Shown here: positions 1-11,400 of the stretch, one piece after another | Layout of the letters: each line of letters begins with the position of its first letter | Position numbering within the stretch: position 1 is the stretch's first letter | Assembly: GCA_020184695.1 (NCBI GenBank) | Contig: JAANOX010000279.1 | Coordinates: forward strand, 62,001-126,000 | Direction of reading: 5' to 3' | DNA from: Histomonas meleagridis 2922-C6/04-290x | Taxonomy: Eukaryota; Protista; Parabasalia | Length of the DNA: 64,000 nt | Notes under the pieces: model-generated | The model's input: only the letters and a program-made list of their open reading frames with translations | Told to the model about the DNA's origin: nothing | Databases searched by the model: none | Program-made: the position numbers and the translations under genes

Positions 1-627
1 TACAGTAAAAATTGGTGTTGGAATGATGAAATTATCAGCTGATTGTAATGGAAAAAAAGATTCATAAAGATAAAGGAAAAGAGGCTTTTGCATAATGTAA
101 GAAGATGCTTTCGCAAGTGAAAAAGAAATTGCTGTAAGAACATTTGAAATTCCTGTTTTATCTTCAAGACATTTCTTAACCATGTTGTCGAATTTAACAA
201 TGTCAGTAAATTCTTTTTGTTGAAGATGTTTAGAAACAAGATCAACCAAAGAAAATGTATTTTGAATTCCTAGTCCAAAATAACGAGAGGAATGAGAGTC
301 TACAAGTGGTTTTTGTTCTTGTATTGAAACAGAAATTCCTACTGGTGCAACTGATTTTCCAACCAAATTATTTTGTCCAAGAACATTTGCATATACTTCA
401 ACACATAAACTTGGTCCTCCTGTAGAAACTATTACTTCTCTTGCTTTTAAGCAAGTAATTGTTGGTTGTTTTGATTGACTTGCAAATTGATTTGCAAAAA
501 CACCAAATGGATCAGAAGGACGTTCATGAACAACTTGTCCTATGAACTGTTCTATTTTTTGTTCGATACAATGTTCTTTTACATAATCAATTGCCTTCAA
601 ACATTTTTTTGTTTCTTCATCCCCCAT
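1..627 (-). CDS. Enolase-like protein (ENO4-like, with N-terminal extension), 5' part only; runs off the left edge
   Basis: Manual translation from ATG at 627 is open to position 1: MGDEETKKCLKAIDYVKEHCIEQKIEQFIGQVVHERPSDPFGVFANQFASQSKQPTITCLKAREVIVSTGGPSLCVEVYANVLGQNNLVGKSVAPVGISVSIQEQKPLVDSHSSRYFGLGIQNTF... The segments KAREVIVSTGGPSLCVEV, APVGIS and RYFGLG match the enolase N-terminal pattern (AREILDSRGNPTVEV, VPSGAS, RY.GKG) in degenerate form. It is absent from the ORF track, presumably because the stop lies outside the window. Confidence 0.65.
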   Translation of the reverse strand, partial: MGDEETKKCLKAIDYVKEHCIEQKIEQFIGQVVHERPSDPFGVFANQFASQSKQPTITCLKAREVIVSTGGPSLCVEVYANVLGQNNLVGKSVAPVGISVSIQEQKPLVDSHSSRYFGLGIQNTFSLVDLVSKHLQQKEFTDIVKFDNMVKKCLEDKTGISNVLTAISFSLAKASSYIMQKPLFLYLYESFFPLQSADNFIIPTPIFTV

Positions 628-733
628 TTAGAAACCGTTTATTTATGAAATACCTCCGGTTTTTAAGTGCTTTACACAATGGGGTGGCCCAAAGCAAACT
701 TTATTCTGAGGAAAATGATCGTCGATTTATTAC

Positions 734-1924
734 ATGAAACAAAAGTCATTATTTGCAACATGCTTTTGTGTAATAACAGTATTATTTCTAATTAGTTATC
801 CCCGATATGATTATCAAGGATTACTGACAACATTATATAACAACAAAATGAAAAATTCAAATGAACTATTTGGAGATTCTTTTCCTCCTATCAAAATATA
901 TTGTTATAACATATCCAACAGATGGCATCCAGACAATGAACGCGTCAAAAATGAAATGTATTATCCAAACAGTCGAGAATTTCAATTTTTTGTCGAGATT
1001 GAATTACATCGCGAACTTCTTCTCTCACCAATAATAACCAATGATCCGGAAGAAGCAGATTTTTTCTATGTCCCAATATATACTTTTGCATGTATCTTCA
1101 ATGAAAAACTTCAAAATGTTACTGACTTAATCAAAGAACTACGATCCATAGGACCATGGTATGACCGTCATAATGGTGCAGACCATATTATGGTTACTGG
1201 CTTCGAAACTCCATATGGAAATTGTCCACTTCGTCAATCAGTCACATCTGACAACTTCATCATCGCCAGTCCGAACCCACAGTCATGGATATCGTGGCAA
1301 AGTTGGCATGGACAACGGAATATTATTGTTCCGTTTGTATCATATTTTCCAGAATATCCATTTGATCAAGTCCAATGGAATATTCCTCGCAAACACACTG
1401 CGTTCATAGCACAGACGTATACCATTTCCAGTAAGGGTAACAAAGTGATCAGAACTGAAATCTCGAATCAAATGCGGAAACTTAAAAGAGGAAACTTGGT
1501 AATGTTCAACCGGTACACGAACCAAATCGTCGAAACAGTCGCAAGCTTACCGAAACATATGCAAAACTCTGATTTTTGCATATGTCCAGGTGGAGATTTA
1601 CCATTTCCAAAGCGGTTTTTCGATGCAACTTACTTCGGATGTATACCAGTGATCATATCGAATGAGGCAGTTCCGCCATTTGCAGATCTCTTATTGGACT
1701 ATTCGAAATTTTCGTTGAGAATCCCAGAGGAAAACGTAACGCAAATGGCCGAAATCCTCGAGAGCTTCTCCCAGGAAAGAATTCAGGAAATGAGGAATGA
1801 GCTGAAGTTGGCGGCAAAAACTTTCAGATTCAGGTTGGGCTCACCGCCTGTGGTTGGGGAAGCTTTTTGGGCCTTCACGTGGATGCTATATATAAGGTAT
1901 ATGTACCACGAACAGTTTAATTAG
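734..1924 (+). CDS. Exostosin-family (GT47) glycosyltransferase, type II membrane protein
   Basis: N-terminal TM anchor; motifs EEADFFYVPIY, GADHIM and SDFCICPGGD..RFFDATYFGCIPVIIS are typical of GT47. Confidence 0.85.
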   Translation: MKQKSLFATCFCVITVLFLISYPRYDYQGLLTTLYNNKMKNSNELFGDSFPPIKIYCYNISNRWHPDNERVKNEMYYPNSREFQFFVEIELHRELLLSPIITNDPEEADFFYVPIYTFACIFNEKLQNVTDLIKELRSIGPWYDRHNGADHIMVTGFETPYGNCPLRQSVTSDNFIIASPNPQSWISWQSWHGQRNIIVPFVSYFPEYPFDQVQWNIPRKHTAFIAQTYTISSKGNKVIRTEISNQMRKLKRGNLVMFNRYTNQIVETVASLPKHMQNSDFCICPGGDLPFPKRFFDATYFGCIPVIISNEAVPPFADLLLDYSKFSLRIPEENVTQMAEILESFSQERIQEMRNELKLAAKTFRFRLGSPPVVGEAFWAFTWMLYIRYMYHEQFN

Positions 1925-2527
1925 TGAACATATAGATGTGTAAAAAATCATTATTTTGATATAAAATCATTTACAAATTGGACCAAATAAGGCACTTGAA
2001 ATCATGTGCAAAAAATGTACAAATTACACGAATAGCAGGAAATTTAATGCTGAAGAAAGTTATCATCAAATATTTTTGATGCACTTTCGAATAACACTTT
2101 GAAAAATTTGAACTTTCTTTTGGCTTAATTCGAATGTGAAAGTTTTGATTTTATCTAAGAAAGAAAAGTGTGTTCCTTTAAAATATAAGGGAAATGTTAT
2201 GAATTTGGAATTGTTGTTCGATTTTTTTTTTTTCAGAAATCCAATTCAACGACGACTTTTTCAGAATGGAACGATGATTTTCTTTTGAATTTTTTAAAGG
2301 CCGCATTACCATCAGTGTAATCTTTCTGATTTGAAACAAAAAGATATATGAAAAATAAAAATATTTTGATATACATTAAATGTTGCCTGTAAAAATATGA
2401 CTGATTTTTGGTCTGGGTCGTAAAAAATTTCATTTGAGATTGGGATGGTGAACCTGGAACCCCGTTTAAATATTCAATTCCAAAAAATTCTATTGAAATT
2501 CAATGTACGTTAAATTTTCCAATAAAA

Positions 2528-3037
2528 ATGACGAATGCAGCTGCACAACAAAATGAAACAGTAGGATGCAACTGCACAGGCGGTAATTGCTTGATGTTGG
2601 GCTGCCCATGTTTTAAAAGAGGAGGGTTGTGTGGAAAAGATTGTAAATGTACCTCATGTAGAAATTGTGAACAATATGCTGTTGAAAGAATGGCTTGTAT
2701 TGAACAGATTCTCTCCCAAACTCCGGGTGTATTTACAACAGAAGAATCATTAACACAAGAGGAATATTCTTCAATTTGCAATTTTGCAATGCTTAATTCT
2801 TCTGTTGATTCTGAACAATTCCAAATTGAACCACGGGAAACAAAACTATCCAAAGTTTTAGTACCAGAAGTTATTAACCAAGCTATTCGTACAATTGTCT
2901 CTGCTGGAAATGAAGGTCAAAGTAACAATGCAGATGCTGAATTTGAAGAAAAGGCCGAAAACCAAATTATCCAAGAGTTTGAAAATGTACTTCAAACAAT
3001 ACTCAGTCATACATCCATACCACAGCCACCAAAATAA
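2528..3037 (+). CDS. Tesmin/TSO1-like CXC (CRC) domain protein
   Basis: GCNCTGGNCLMLGCPCFKRGGLCGKDCKCTSCRN matches the CXC cysteine spacing. Confidence 0.8.
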   Translation: MTNAAAQQNETVGCNCTGGNCLMLGCPCFKRGGLCGKDCKCTSCRNCEQYAVERMACIEQILSQTPGVFTTEESLTQEEYSSICNFAMLNSSVDSEQFQIEPRETKLSKVLVPEVINQAIRTIVSAGNEGQSNNADAEFEEKAENQIIQEFENVLQTILSHTSIPQPPK

Positions 3038-3127
3038 TTATTTTTTTTTTGTAAATTTTTATAAAAGTCTCTAGAAAATTTTTTCGATAGAACGATGCGT
3101 ATTGAGTCCAAAATGATCGTCTGACAA

Positions 3128-3991
3128 TTATTCATGGAGTGCCACTTTTCTTCTGATTTCAAATGATCTTTGAAGCCTTGCAAGAGGTCTTTGGTCTGCT
3201 TGAACTTCGCTTAAGTTTTGTGGAAGCTTCTCCATCTCAAGGGAAGGTTCATCAGCAATGAAATTAAGAATTCCATCAACATGTTCTTTTTCTTTCTTTG
3301 GCCTATTGGCTAATTCTTCCATTCTTTTGTTGATCTCTTCAGCTGTTTCTTTTGTCCTTTCAAATTCTGGAACAAGCTCTTCTTCCTTTTCTTGGCGAAG
3401 CAATTTGAAGTTTTCACGAATTTCTCTCTTAATTTTCGCTTTTTGTTCATCTGGTAAATATTTTGGCACGGGCATGTTAAGCAATCTCTTGGGTTTTCTC
3501 TGTGGAGGATTTGGTGCAGGAATGTCTATTAGAGGACCATTTGAAACATCACCTTCAAGAGTGTCACCAATCCCAGAATCACCAATGTATTGAATGTTAG
3601 TGATAGTAGATTGAATTCCATTAGCTTCTTCTTCTTGTTGTTTGCGAATCTTTTCAATTTCTGGATTAACTAGTTCTTTGGAACGATATGACATTGATGA
3701 TGGAACTGAATATTCTTTTTTAGTGTTTTTTTTCTGAGGTTTTGTTGATTTTGTTGGTGCTGATGCCCAAATATCATAGTATTCTTCAGCAGGCTTGAGC
3801 TTAGGTTGGGGTTCTGGGCGTGGGTGTAGTATTATCTTCTTTTTTTTCTTTGGTTTTTCAATTGATTCCGCAAATAATGCAGAATCTGGAAGAATTTCAG
3901 GAACTTTTTCTTGATTACGAAGAATCTCACTCTTTAATGCAGATTCTCCAACTTGCCTGATTCTCTTTTCCTTGCGGTGATTCTTTCCCAT
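3128..3991 (-). CDS. Probable Nop53/GLTSCR2 (P60-like) ribosome biogenesis protein
   Basis: Basic N-terminus (MGKNHRKEKR), YDIW and S.SY segments, charged low-complexity middle and C-terminal LARLQRSFEIRRK. This is a pattern resemblance only. Confidence 0.55.
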   Translation of the reverse strand: MGKNHRKEKRIRQVGESALKSEILRNQEKVPEILPDSALFAESIEKPKKKKKIILHPRPEPQPKLKPAEEYYDIWASAPTKSTKPQKKNTKKEYSVPSSMSYRSKELVNPEIEKIRKQQEEEANGIQSTITNIQYIGDSGIGDTLEGDVSNGPLIDIPAPNPPQRKPKRLLNMPVPKYLPDEQKAKIKREIRENFKLLRQEKEEELVPEFERTKETAEEINKRMEELANRPKKEKEHVDGILNFIADEPSLEMEKLPQNLSEVQADQRPLARLQRSFEIRRKVALHE

Positions 3992-4826
3992 CGAGAAATT
4001 TTGAAGCTCGTGGTCAAGATCGTTTTCCCTATCTTTGTTTGAATTTAAAATCCATTGTTTAAACGTTCTCTGATATCAAACGTACTTTAAATTTTTTTGA
4101 AAAACTTAAATAATCAAGCACGTTCAATATCGAAGTATGTAATTCGGGATGCAAATAGATTGCTATAACAAACCGTGAAATTACTTGGTAAGTGATTTTT
4201 ATAGTGAAAATTGTGGGGAAATCGTATTTTCACATCCAAACATATTCACATTTAAGTAGCGCAACATATTTCAATAGTATACACTCTTTAACTCATTCAT
4301 TAACATTCTCTAAAACTTTAATAATTTATTCAACTCATTCCATTTCATTATCAGTTTCATATTTTGGTTCTTTTTATGCATAAACATTCAAACTCAACTT
4401 ATTGTTTAAGATTATAAAATTATCGAATACTCATTTTATTTTAGTTATTATTCTGATTTCTATACAATAATATCTCAAAATGAAGCTCCAAACGATGCCA
4501 ACATAAACATTTGGAAATTATAATAATATTGGATGGAGAAGATCCATTTGCAAATGATTTCAAAGAAGATTAAAATAAGTTGTTTCAAATAGGAAGTAAT
4601 GCAAATAATGCGTTAAATGGAATTGATAAATGGTAGTGAAATTGCTTGAACAATTTTTGTTTATTCAATAAATTTGATCTTTATTTAATTGTTGAAGTCT
4701 GTGAAATTAGAATTGATATGATTTGAATTCAAAAGAATTTTAATTTTTAAAAAATTTCATTTTACTAAGTGCATTCATTAGTTACACCAACTTTTTTCCA
4801 GCAACTTAAAAAGCCATTATGACGTC

Positions 4827-5365
4827 ATGGAGGAATATCGAGTTGTCATTCGTGGACAAGGTGCATCTGGCGCAAGATCAATCCTAAGAAAACTTAAATA
4901 TGATGTTTTTGATCCTATTATTAATTATTATCCATTAATTGATGATCCTATATATGAGCATACTTTATTAGTTGATAATGTAAATACAAAACTTTCCTTT
5001 TATAAGGCTGAAGCGACGAATTTCTTGCGTTAAGGAAAAAGATGTTTTCGGAAGCTAATGGTTTTATCGTAATGTATTCGATAGATAATCCCTACTCGTT
5101 CGAAAATGCAGAACTTCTATGTACAGATATTGCTAAAGAAAGAGGAAATCAAATACCACTTGTTATATGTGGAAACAAGTGTGATCTCGAAGATCAAAGG
5201 ATAATATCTCAATTTCAAGGTAAAGTACTTGCAAAAAAATTTGGGGCAAACTTCTTTGAAACTTCTGCTAAGGAAAACATAAATATCTATGTAATGTTTT
5301 CTACTTTAATCAGAATGAGATCTCCTAAAGATAAAAAACCAAAAAAAATATGCACAACATATTAA
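4827..5365 (+). pseudogene. Ras-family small GTPase split by a 1-nt frameshift near 5012 (pseudogene or assembly error)
   Basis: ORFs 4827-5033 and 5042-5365 join if one base is added near 5012, giving KAEGDEFLALRKKMFSEANGF (compare [22 protein letters not shown]). NKCD, ETSAK and a C-terminal CTTY CaaX-like box are present; the P-loop is degenerate (GQGASGARS). Confidence 0.7.
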
Positions 5366-6646
5366 ATTATTTTTTTAGCACTCTGGTTCACGAAAAATAT
5401 TTGTTTCTGGCGTGAAGTTAATTTTTTCATTTTAATTCACACATTAACAATGTTAAGTTTACGTATTTGCTCTTTTGTGGATTTTATGAAAAATAAAAAA
5501 AAAAAAAAAAAAAAATCATATGATATCATTTTAAATTTGGAAAAATTCATCGGCTTTGTATGTGCATGAATGTTGTATTGGTTTCTTATTGCAAAATACC
5601 TTAGATTCATATGAACTTAACCAATATGCACATGGGTTTAAACATGTATATACACAACTGCTTCGTATTTTGAAGGTGGGGGGTTTCACTTTTAAATAAA
5701 GCTTTGAAAAACAAAAACATCAATTTGTACAAATCACTTATTTTATTATGAAAATGAAATAAAAAGTTAAAATATTATGCGTTCATTCAAATATTGTGTA
5801 AATGGTTGGAAACTATTGATAAATTTTAAAGATACAAAGTGGAACAATTTTAGTCACAATTCATGAATAATGTGCTTTCTGTATCTAATTCGAATTTATT
5901 AATGCTTTCAGCCAATTCGATTTCGAGAGAAATTTTTGAAAAATTATATGTTATTCTGCGTAACCATAATAGTTTGTTAAAGGTTTCCTTGAAAATCGAT
6001 TTTTCTTTCAAAACGTTTAAGGACGATACGAGTTGTTTGTGTGATTTTTATTCGTTTTTTCATTCAAATTTGAATATGAACTAATTGAAAATCAATAATC
6101 TTCTTATATAACATTGGATTTGATTTTTTCCTTCGGCACAATTTAAAAATATTATTCACTTGTTTTTTTCTGTGTCATTTCTCCTATCTAATCTTATCAT
6201 AAATTTTCATGAAATTTAACAAGTTTCATAATTTATGCAAAGCGGATATTATTATAAAAGCAAATTACTTTCGAAATATTAAAAAGATTTGTTAAATTAT
6301 GTGATATCATTATATATTACTAAAAATTATAAAAATCACGTTTCTGATTTGATAAAATAAAATTGTAAAAAACTTGATTTGAATGATATATTGATATTAG
6401 TCTTATTTTTTTCTTGAATAAAGTCATATGATAATTTTTCTATATAAATATTAATTTTATACTTTGAATGGTACTCTGAATGTTTATACGGAAACAATAT
6501 ATTAATATCAATTCCACTTTGATTTAATCATTAATTAACAAATTTATGAGTTTCAGGATTTTGTTCATAGTTTTCACTTTAAAAACAAATTCTTGACCTC
6601 ACTTTGATTCAATTTTAAATCTTTAGTCATTTTTATTATTAACAAA

Positions 6647-7555
6647 TTAATTCTTAAATGCATCGGCAAGTTTCTTTCTATCTTCATCTGCTAAATTTTT
6701 CGGCCACATCACGACAACGTGTACAATTAAATCTCCTCTTTCGCCTGGAAACATGTATTTTGACATTCCTTTTTCCTTAATTACAATTTCATCTCCGTTC
6801 ATCATCTCAGATTTAATCTCTATTTCATCTCCATCGATTCCCGTAACTTTTCTCTTGAATCCAATTAACATTTCTTTAAGTGTAATGTTAATGTTCATAT
6901 GCAGATTAGAACCATCACGGCGAAAAACAGGATGCTTGCGACTAAATAATGCTACTTCAATATCACCAGGTGCATTACTTTCACTAGTATCACCAGAATT
7001 ACTAAATGTAACAACAGTTCCTTCTTCTGTTCCTTTTTCAATGGTTAACACCAAAGTGACGTTTTCTTGGGTTGTTGGCTTTCCTCGGCATTTCTCGCAG
7101 AAATAGCCGGATTCTGGACATCTACACATTGTGCTTCTTGTAATTGAGATTTCGTGCGTTTTTCCTTCATGGAAATCCAAAAGATCTGCATAATATATTA
7201 CACGAATTGTCTTGCCTTTTCGGGTTACTTGTGATGTAAGCTCATCTTCATTGTTCTTCTCTAAACTATCTTTTCCTTGTGTTTCATAGACAAGAACACC
7301 TTGTTCACCCCATAAATCATAAATTCTTCTTTTATTTGCATCACGAAGTGTACTATATGCATCATTGATGTCATTGTATTTGTTTATTGCTTTTGAGTCT
7401 CCTTTATTTTTATCTGGATGATATTTTCGAGATAATCTCATATATGATTTCTCGATTTCCCTATCTGTGCAATCATGTTTCAATCCAAGTGCTTCATAAA
7501 AATCACGCGATGTTCCGGAGTTTAGAATGGAAATAGAAAATATGAACCAAAACAT
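6647..7555 (-). CDS. DnaJ/Hsp40 co-chaperone with signal peptide (ERdj3/DNAJB11-like)
   Basis: Hydrophobic N-terminus, J-domain with HPD motif (KYHPDKN), reduced Cys region and DnaJ C-terminal domain (PGD, HPVFRRDGSNL, GDLIV). Confidence 0.88.
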   Translation of the reverse strand: MFWFIFSISILNSGTSRDFYEALGLKHDCTDREIEKSYMRLSRKYHPDKNKGDSKAINKYNDINDAYSTLRDANKRRIYDLWGEQGVLVYETQGKDSLEKNNEDELTSQVTRKGKTIRVIYYADLLDFHEGKTHEISITRSTMCRCPESGYFCEKCRGKPTTQENVTLVLTIEKGTEEGTVVTFSNSGDTSESNAPGDIEVALFSRKHPVFRRDGSNLHMNINITLKEMLIGFKRKVTGIDGDEIEIKSEMMNGDEIVIKEKGMSKYMFPGERGDLIVHVVVMWPKNLADEDRKKLADAFKN

Positions 7556-7633
7556 TAATTTGTCAGTTTTTGTGAAATGTTAAGTGAAATGAACCAAATG
7601 TTTTACTTATTTTAGTCGCCATGCTTGCTCTAC

Positions 7634-8203
7634 TTACTCAACGATATGTGTCTTCTCAGAGATGTAAATACCATCAAGGAACTTACGAAGATCTTTGTTG
7701 TGGATGTGTGTGTGTTGGTGGATTTGAGCGCAAACTAAAGAAACCTTGTCAATGTCGTTTCCTTCAATCCAGATTTCTTCCTTTTGGTTGGGACTATCCA
7801 TGATCTTAACACCTTCTGGAGCAGTAACAGATTTCTTTTCACGTTGACCCATAAAGTGAGTGAAGCTGAAAGAATCTTTGTTATCACCAATGGAGTGCTT
7901 GATTGGGAAGTGTGCTGTAACAAATCTCATCTTGTAGCGATATCCTTTTGTAACACCTGTGACCATATTTTTGATGTGTCCGAAAAGTGTTCCAATACGT
8001 GCAACAAGCTTACGGTTTCCAAACCAGCAGCGAGCCAAAACTGTCTTTTCTTCTTCGTTGTATTCGATATCAAGTTTAAGATGTGAAAGGTCACGAGTAA
8101 GAGTTCCACGAGGACCAGTTACTGTAACAACGCCGGACTTAATTGTGACTTGGACATCATCTTCAATTTTAAGGTGATCTTGGTGCAAAACAGGGCGTGG
8201 CAT
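7634..8203 (-). CDS. RPL9: 60S ribosomal protein L9 (uL6)
   Basis: VTVTGPRGTLTRDL, KNMVTGVTKGYRYKMR..AHFPI and DLRKFLDGIYISEK. Start placed at the ATG at 8203 (MPRPVL); the ORF track start at 8224 is not an ATG. Confidence 0.95.
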   Translation of the reverse strand: MPRPVLHQDHLKIEDDVQVTIKSGVVTVTGPRGTLTRDLSHLKLDIEYNEEEKTVLARCWFGNRKLVARIGTLFGHIKNMVTGVTKGYRYKMRFVTAHFPIKHSIGDNKDSFSFTHFMGQREKKSVTAPEGVKIMDSPNQKEEIWIEGNDIDKVSLVCAQIHQHTHIHNKDLRKFLDGIYISEKTHIVE

Positions 8204-8432
8204 GAGTCGTAAAAGGTCGACCAAACCGCATTAACCGAAAGAACGTTAATTATGAGGCGCCCCAAATTTCTACTATCTAAACAAACTTTATCCAGTTAAA
8301 TATTCAGTTACTTTAAGTGTTGGTATAAAAGAAAACTTCTTAATGCCAAAAAAATATTGTTTTCCTTTTCGAAGTATTAAAATAATAATTAATTATTGAT
8401 AAAAAAATTCTTATTATTGCATTTACTCGATT

Positions 8433-9227
8433 TTACTGCCTATTTGCTGGTGATCCTACTGGAGAGTATTTTGATTTTTCATTTTTCGATTCATTCAATT
8501 CTTCATTTTTTTGAATATTATCTGGTGGGAATTCATTACCTCTTGGTTGGCGATACTGATTTCTAGAATCGCGTACTGGCCCTTGTCTTGGCTGTGGAGG
8601 AAAATCCCTTGGATATAGAGATGATGGCATTGGATATGGAGGTGGAAGTGGAGGTGGATAATAACCTCTTGGTTGATAAGGTGGATGCGGGTAATCATCA
8701 TATGGTGGGATTCTTCTTGGTTCTGGTGGGAAATAGCCGCGAGGAGGATAATCATATGGATCCTTATATCTTCCTCGGTCAGGACCGTAGTAATCTCTCC
8801 CCCTATTAGGACCAGGCGGATCCATGTAGTCGTTAAATCTTCGAGGTGGTCCACGATCATCAAAATCTGGTCTAGATCTATAAGGACCTGGAGGCATGTG
8901 TTCACGTGGTGGGTTGAGCTTATTTTGTTCTCTTTTTTTTCTGACTGCGGCAATATTGCTTGGCGGATTATTTGCATGGCGGACTGAAAGCTTAACTTCG
9001 CCGAATTCTGTTTCATTTCCTTCTTTGATTGCTTGTTCAGCGCTTTCCTTGTTTTCGAAGTGCACAAAACCATACAGTCTTTTTCCATTTTTTCCATCAG
9101 GTATTTCGACACGATCTATCGGTCCATATTTTGAAAATATCTTTTTGAGTTCCTCTTCTTTTGCGCCATAAGGAAGATTTCCCACCCAAATTGAATTTGG
9201 CGCGATTTCGCTTTCTCCTTCGGTCAT
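8433..9227 (-). CDS. RRM RNA-binding protein with Pro/Arg/Tyr-rich low-complexity tail
   Basis: RNP2 IWVGNL, RNP1 LYGFVHF, followed by a P/R/D/Y-rich disordered region. Confidence 0.88.
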   Translation of the reverse strand: MTEGESEIAPNSIWVGNLPYGAKEEELKKIFSKYGPIDRVEIPDGKNGKRLYGFVHFENKESAEQAIKEGNETEFGEVKLSVRHANNPPSNIAAVRKKREQNKLNPPREHMPPGPYRSRPDFDDRGPPRRFNDYMDPPGPNRGRDYYGPDRGRYKDPYDYPPRGYFPPEPRRIPPYDDYPHPPYQPRGYYPPPLPPPYPMPSSLYPRDFPPQPRQGPVRDSRNQYRQPRGNEFPPDNIQKNEELNESKNEKSKYSPVGSPANRQ

Positions 9228-11058
9228 TTGTTTGTCACTTTTCGGTTTAAACCCACAAAAACGTCAAAACAAGAAAAGTGACACTTTGAAATTTTTTAAT
9301 TATATTCTTCAAATATTTCGATTTATTTTCTAAATCTCAGAAATAAATAACATCAACAAGTTAACATTAGTTTTATGCTTAAAATTTTTGGTGAAAGAAA
9401 GTTTATGAGTTCAATAAATAATTATTAAATTATTTGAAAATACGATATTAGCATTTCAAATTGTGAAGACAAAAAAACTTATTGGTGAATAATGATTTGA
9501 TAATAATGTTCAATGTGAAATATTGTCAATAAATATATAGACACATGAAACGTAATTTTTAGAATTCAATAAAAAAAGTATCCAAAAGAATAAATGGAAT
9601 ACATTCTAAAAGAGATGTTTAAAAATGATGAAATTGATGGAGTAGAAATCTGTATCAAGTTAAAAATTTTGATTTGAAATCTTAAATCCATAGAATATCA
9701 TGCAATAACCAAAAGCGCATTTAGAAGCATATGTTGAGAACAAAAGAAAAATAAAACATGTCCAAATGATTAGTCAATCACGCAAAGGAATGAAAATATT
9801 TATAAAAATATAATGATGAATTGTCATGAAAATGACTAACCCAAAAAGTCATAAAGTTTATGAGATCAGTGGAAATACTTAAGGGTTGAGTTTAGAAAAA
9901 GATAAATCCAAAATGATCATTTTGAGGGAAAGTTCTAAGATGATATAAAAACAACTTGCAAATATGTAGCATTTAGTTTTGATGAAATTAAAGCTATTGA
10001 TTGATACAATTGTATGGTAATGAACTTATAAAGAAGAATACTTCCGATTTTATCTTACACAGAAGGACCAACAGTTCCTGAAGGTGCCCTTGTGGAGCTC
10101 AACCTAATAAAAAGTAATAGATCTGCATGTGAGCGAATAGTGCTCGGCTGATCAGAAGATAAGTTTGACCAAAAAGTGGACATTTTGAATTGAATAAAAT
10201 GTTTGGCCAAATTGTTATCGTTTTAAAAAAAGATCGACTTTTTAAAGAGGAAGGCATAACGGTCGTCATTAACGGTCCCTGTCGTGGTAAAAGCCCGCCG
10301 AAAACTGGAAAATCCATTGGCCAATAATATTATCCCTGCCAAAATTGACATCACAAAACAATCATTTGAATGTTATATATCATATACAGATAATTTTAAA
10401 TTACAATGGATCGTAATCGCGCTATTACTTTTCAAGATTTAGAGATAGGATATGTTTCACTTATGGCATTTTTACCATTAACTATAACAGAAAGGATAAA
10501 ACACTTTACAACATTTATTAAATCAATACAACAATGTATTATATATGTTCAACTATAAACAAAAAACAAGATCCAACAAATTGATTATGATATTCCACCG
10601 ATCATTGCAGAAGAATATAGTAATGTTGATAAAATCAAAACTCTTCGTGACGCGGTGCGTTTTTTGGTATTTGGACAATGGTATTATCATCCATGAATGA
10701 GAATATTACCCTGATGCACAGAAAGATCACCCTTTTTTGTACGTTGGGCCAAAAATAACGTATTTTTTGATCATTTTTCTTCAATATCTTTAAAATTACG
10801 AAATCATTCAAATGTGATGTTATTTCCTTTCAAGATATGTAAAAAGTTAATAAACATTTTTTAATATTATTATAAAATAACATTCTAATTTTTAAATATA
10901 TATATTAATATTTTTCACCCTCAAATTAAATGAGGAATATAAATAAGATTTATCATCTAAAATGTAGATATTGAAATTTGATTTTTTATATAATAGAACA
11001 TAATACAATTTTTAATGTAGTTTACGTACACTACTCCGTAGTATTTATACTATATAAT

Positions 11059-11400
11059 ATAATAGTAATAATATATATAATAGTAATAATATATATAATA
11101 GTAATAATATATATAATAGTAATAATATATATAATAGTAATAATATATATAATAGTTATAATATATATAATAGTATTAATATATATAATAGTATTAATAT
11201 ATATAATAGTAATAATATATATAATAGTTATAATATATATAATAGTAATAATATATATAATAGTTATAATATATATAATAGTATTAATATATATAATAGT
11301 ATTAATATATATAATAGTATTAATATATATAATAGTATTAATATATATAATAGTATTAATATATATAATAGTATTAATATATATAATAGTATTAATACAT
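11059..11400. repeat. Minisatellite, 19 copies of an 18-bp unit (ATAATAGT[A/T][A/T]TAATATAT)
   Basis: Read directly; the ORF track shows it as IIV[I/L]IY repeated 19 times. Confidence 0.95.

Noticed and set aside
9700-10750. Coding-like remnants, including ORF 10099-10317
   Set aside because: The frames are short and stop-riddled with no recognisable motif, so no product can be supported.
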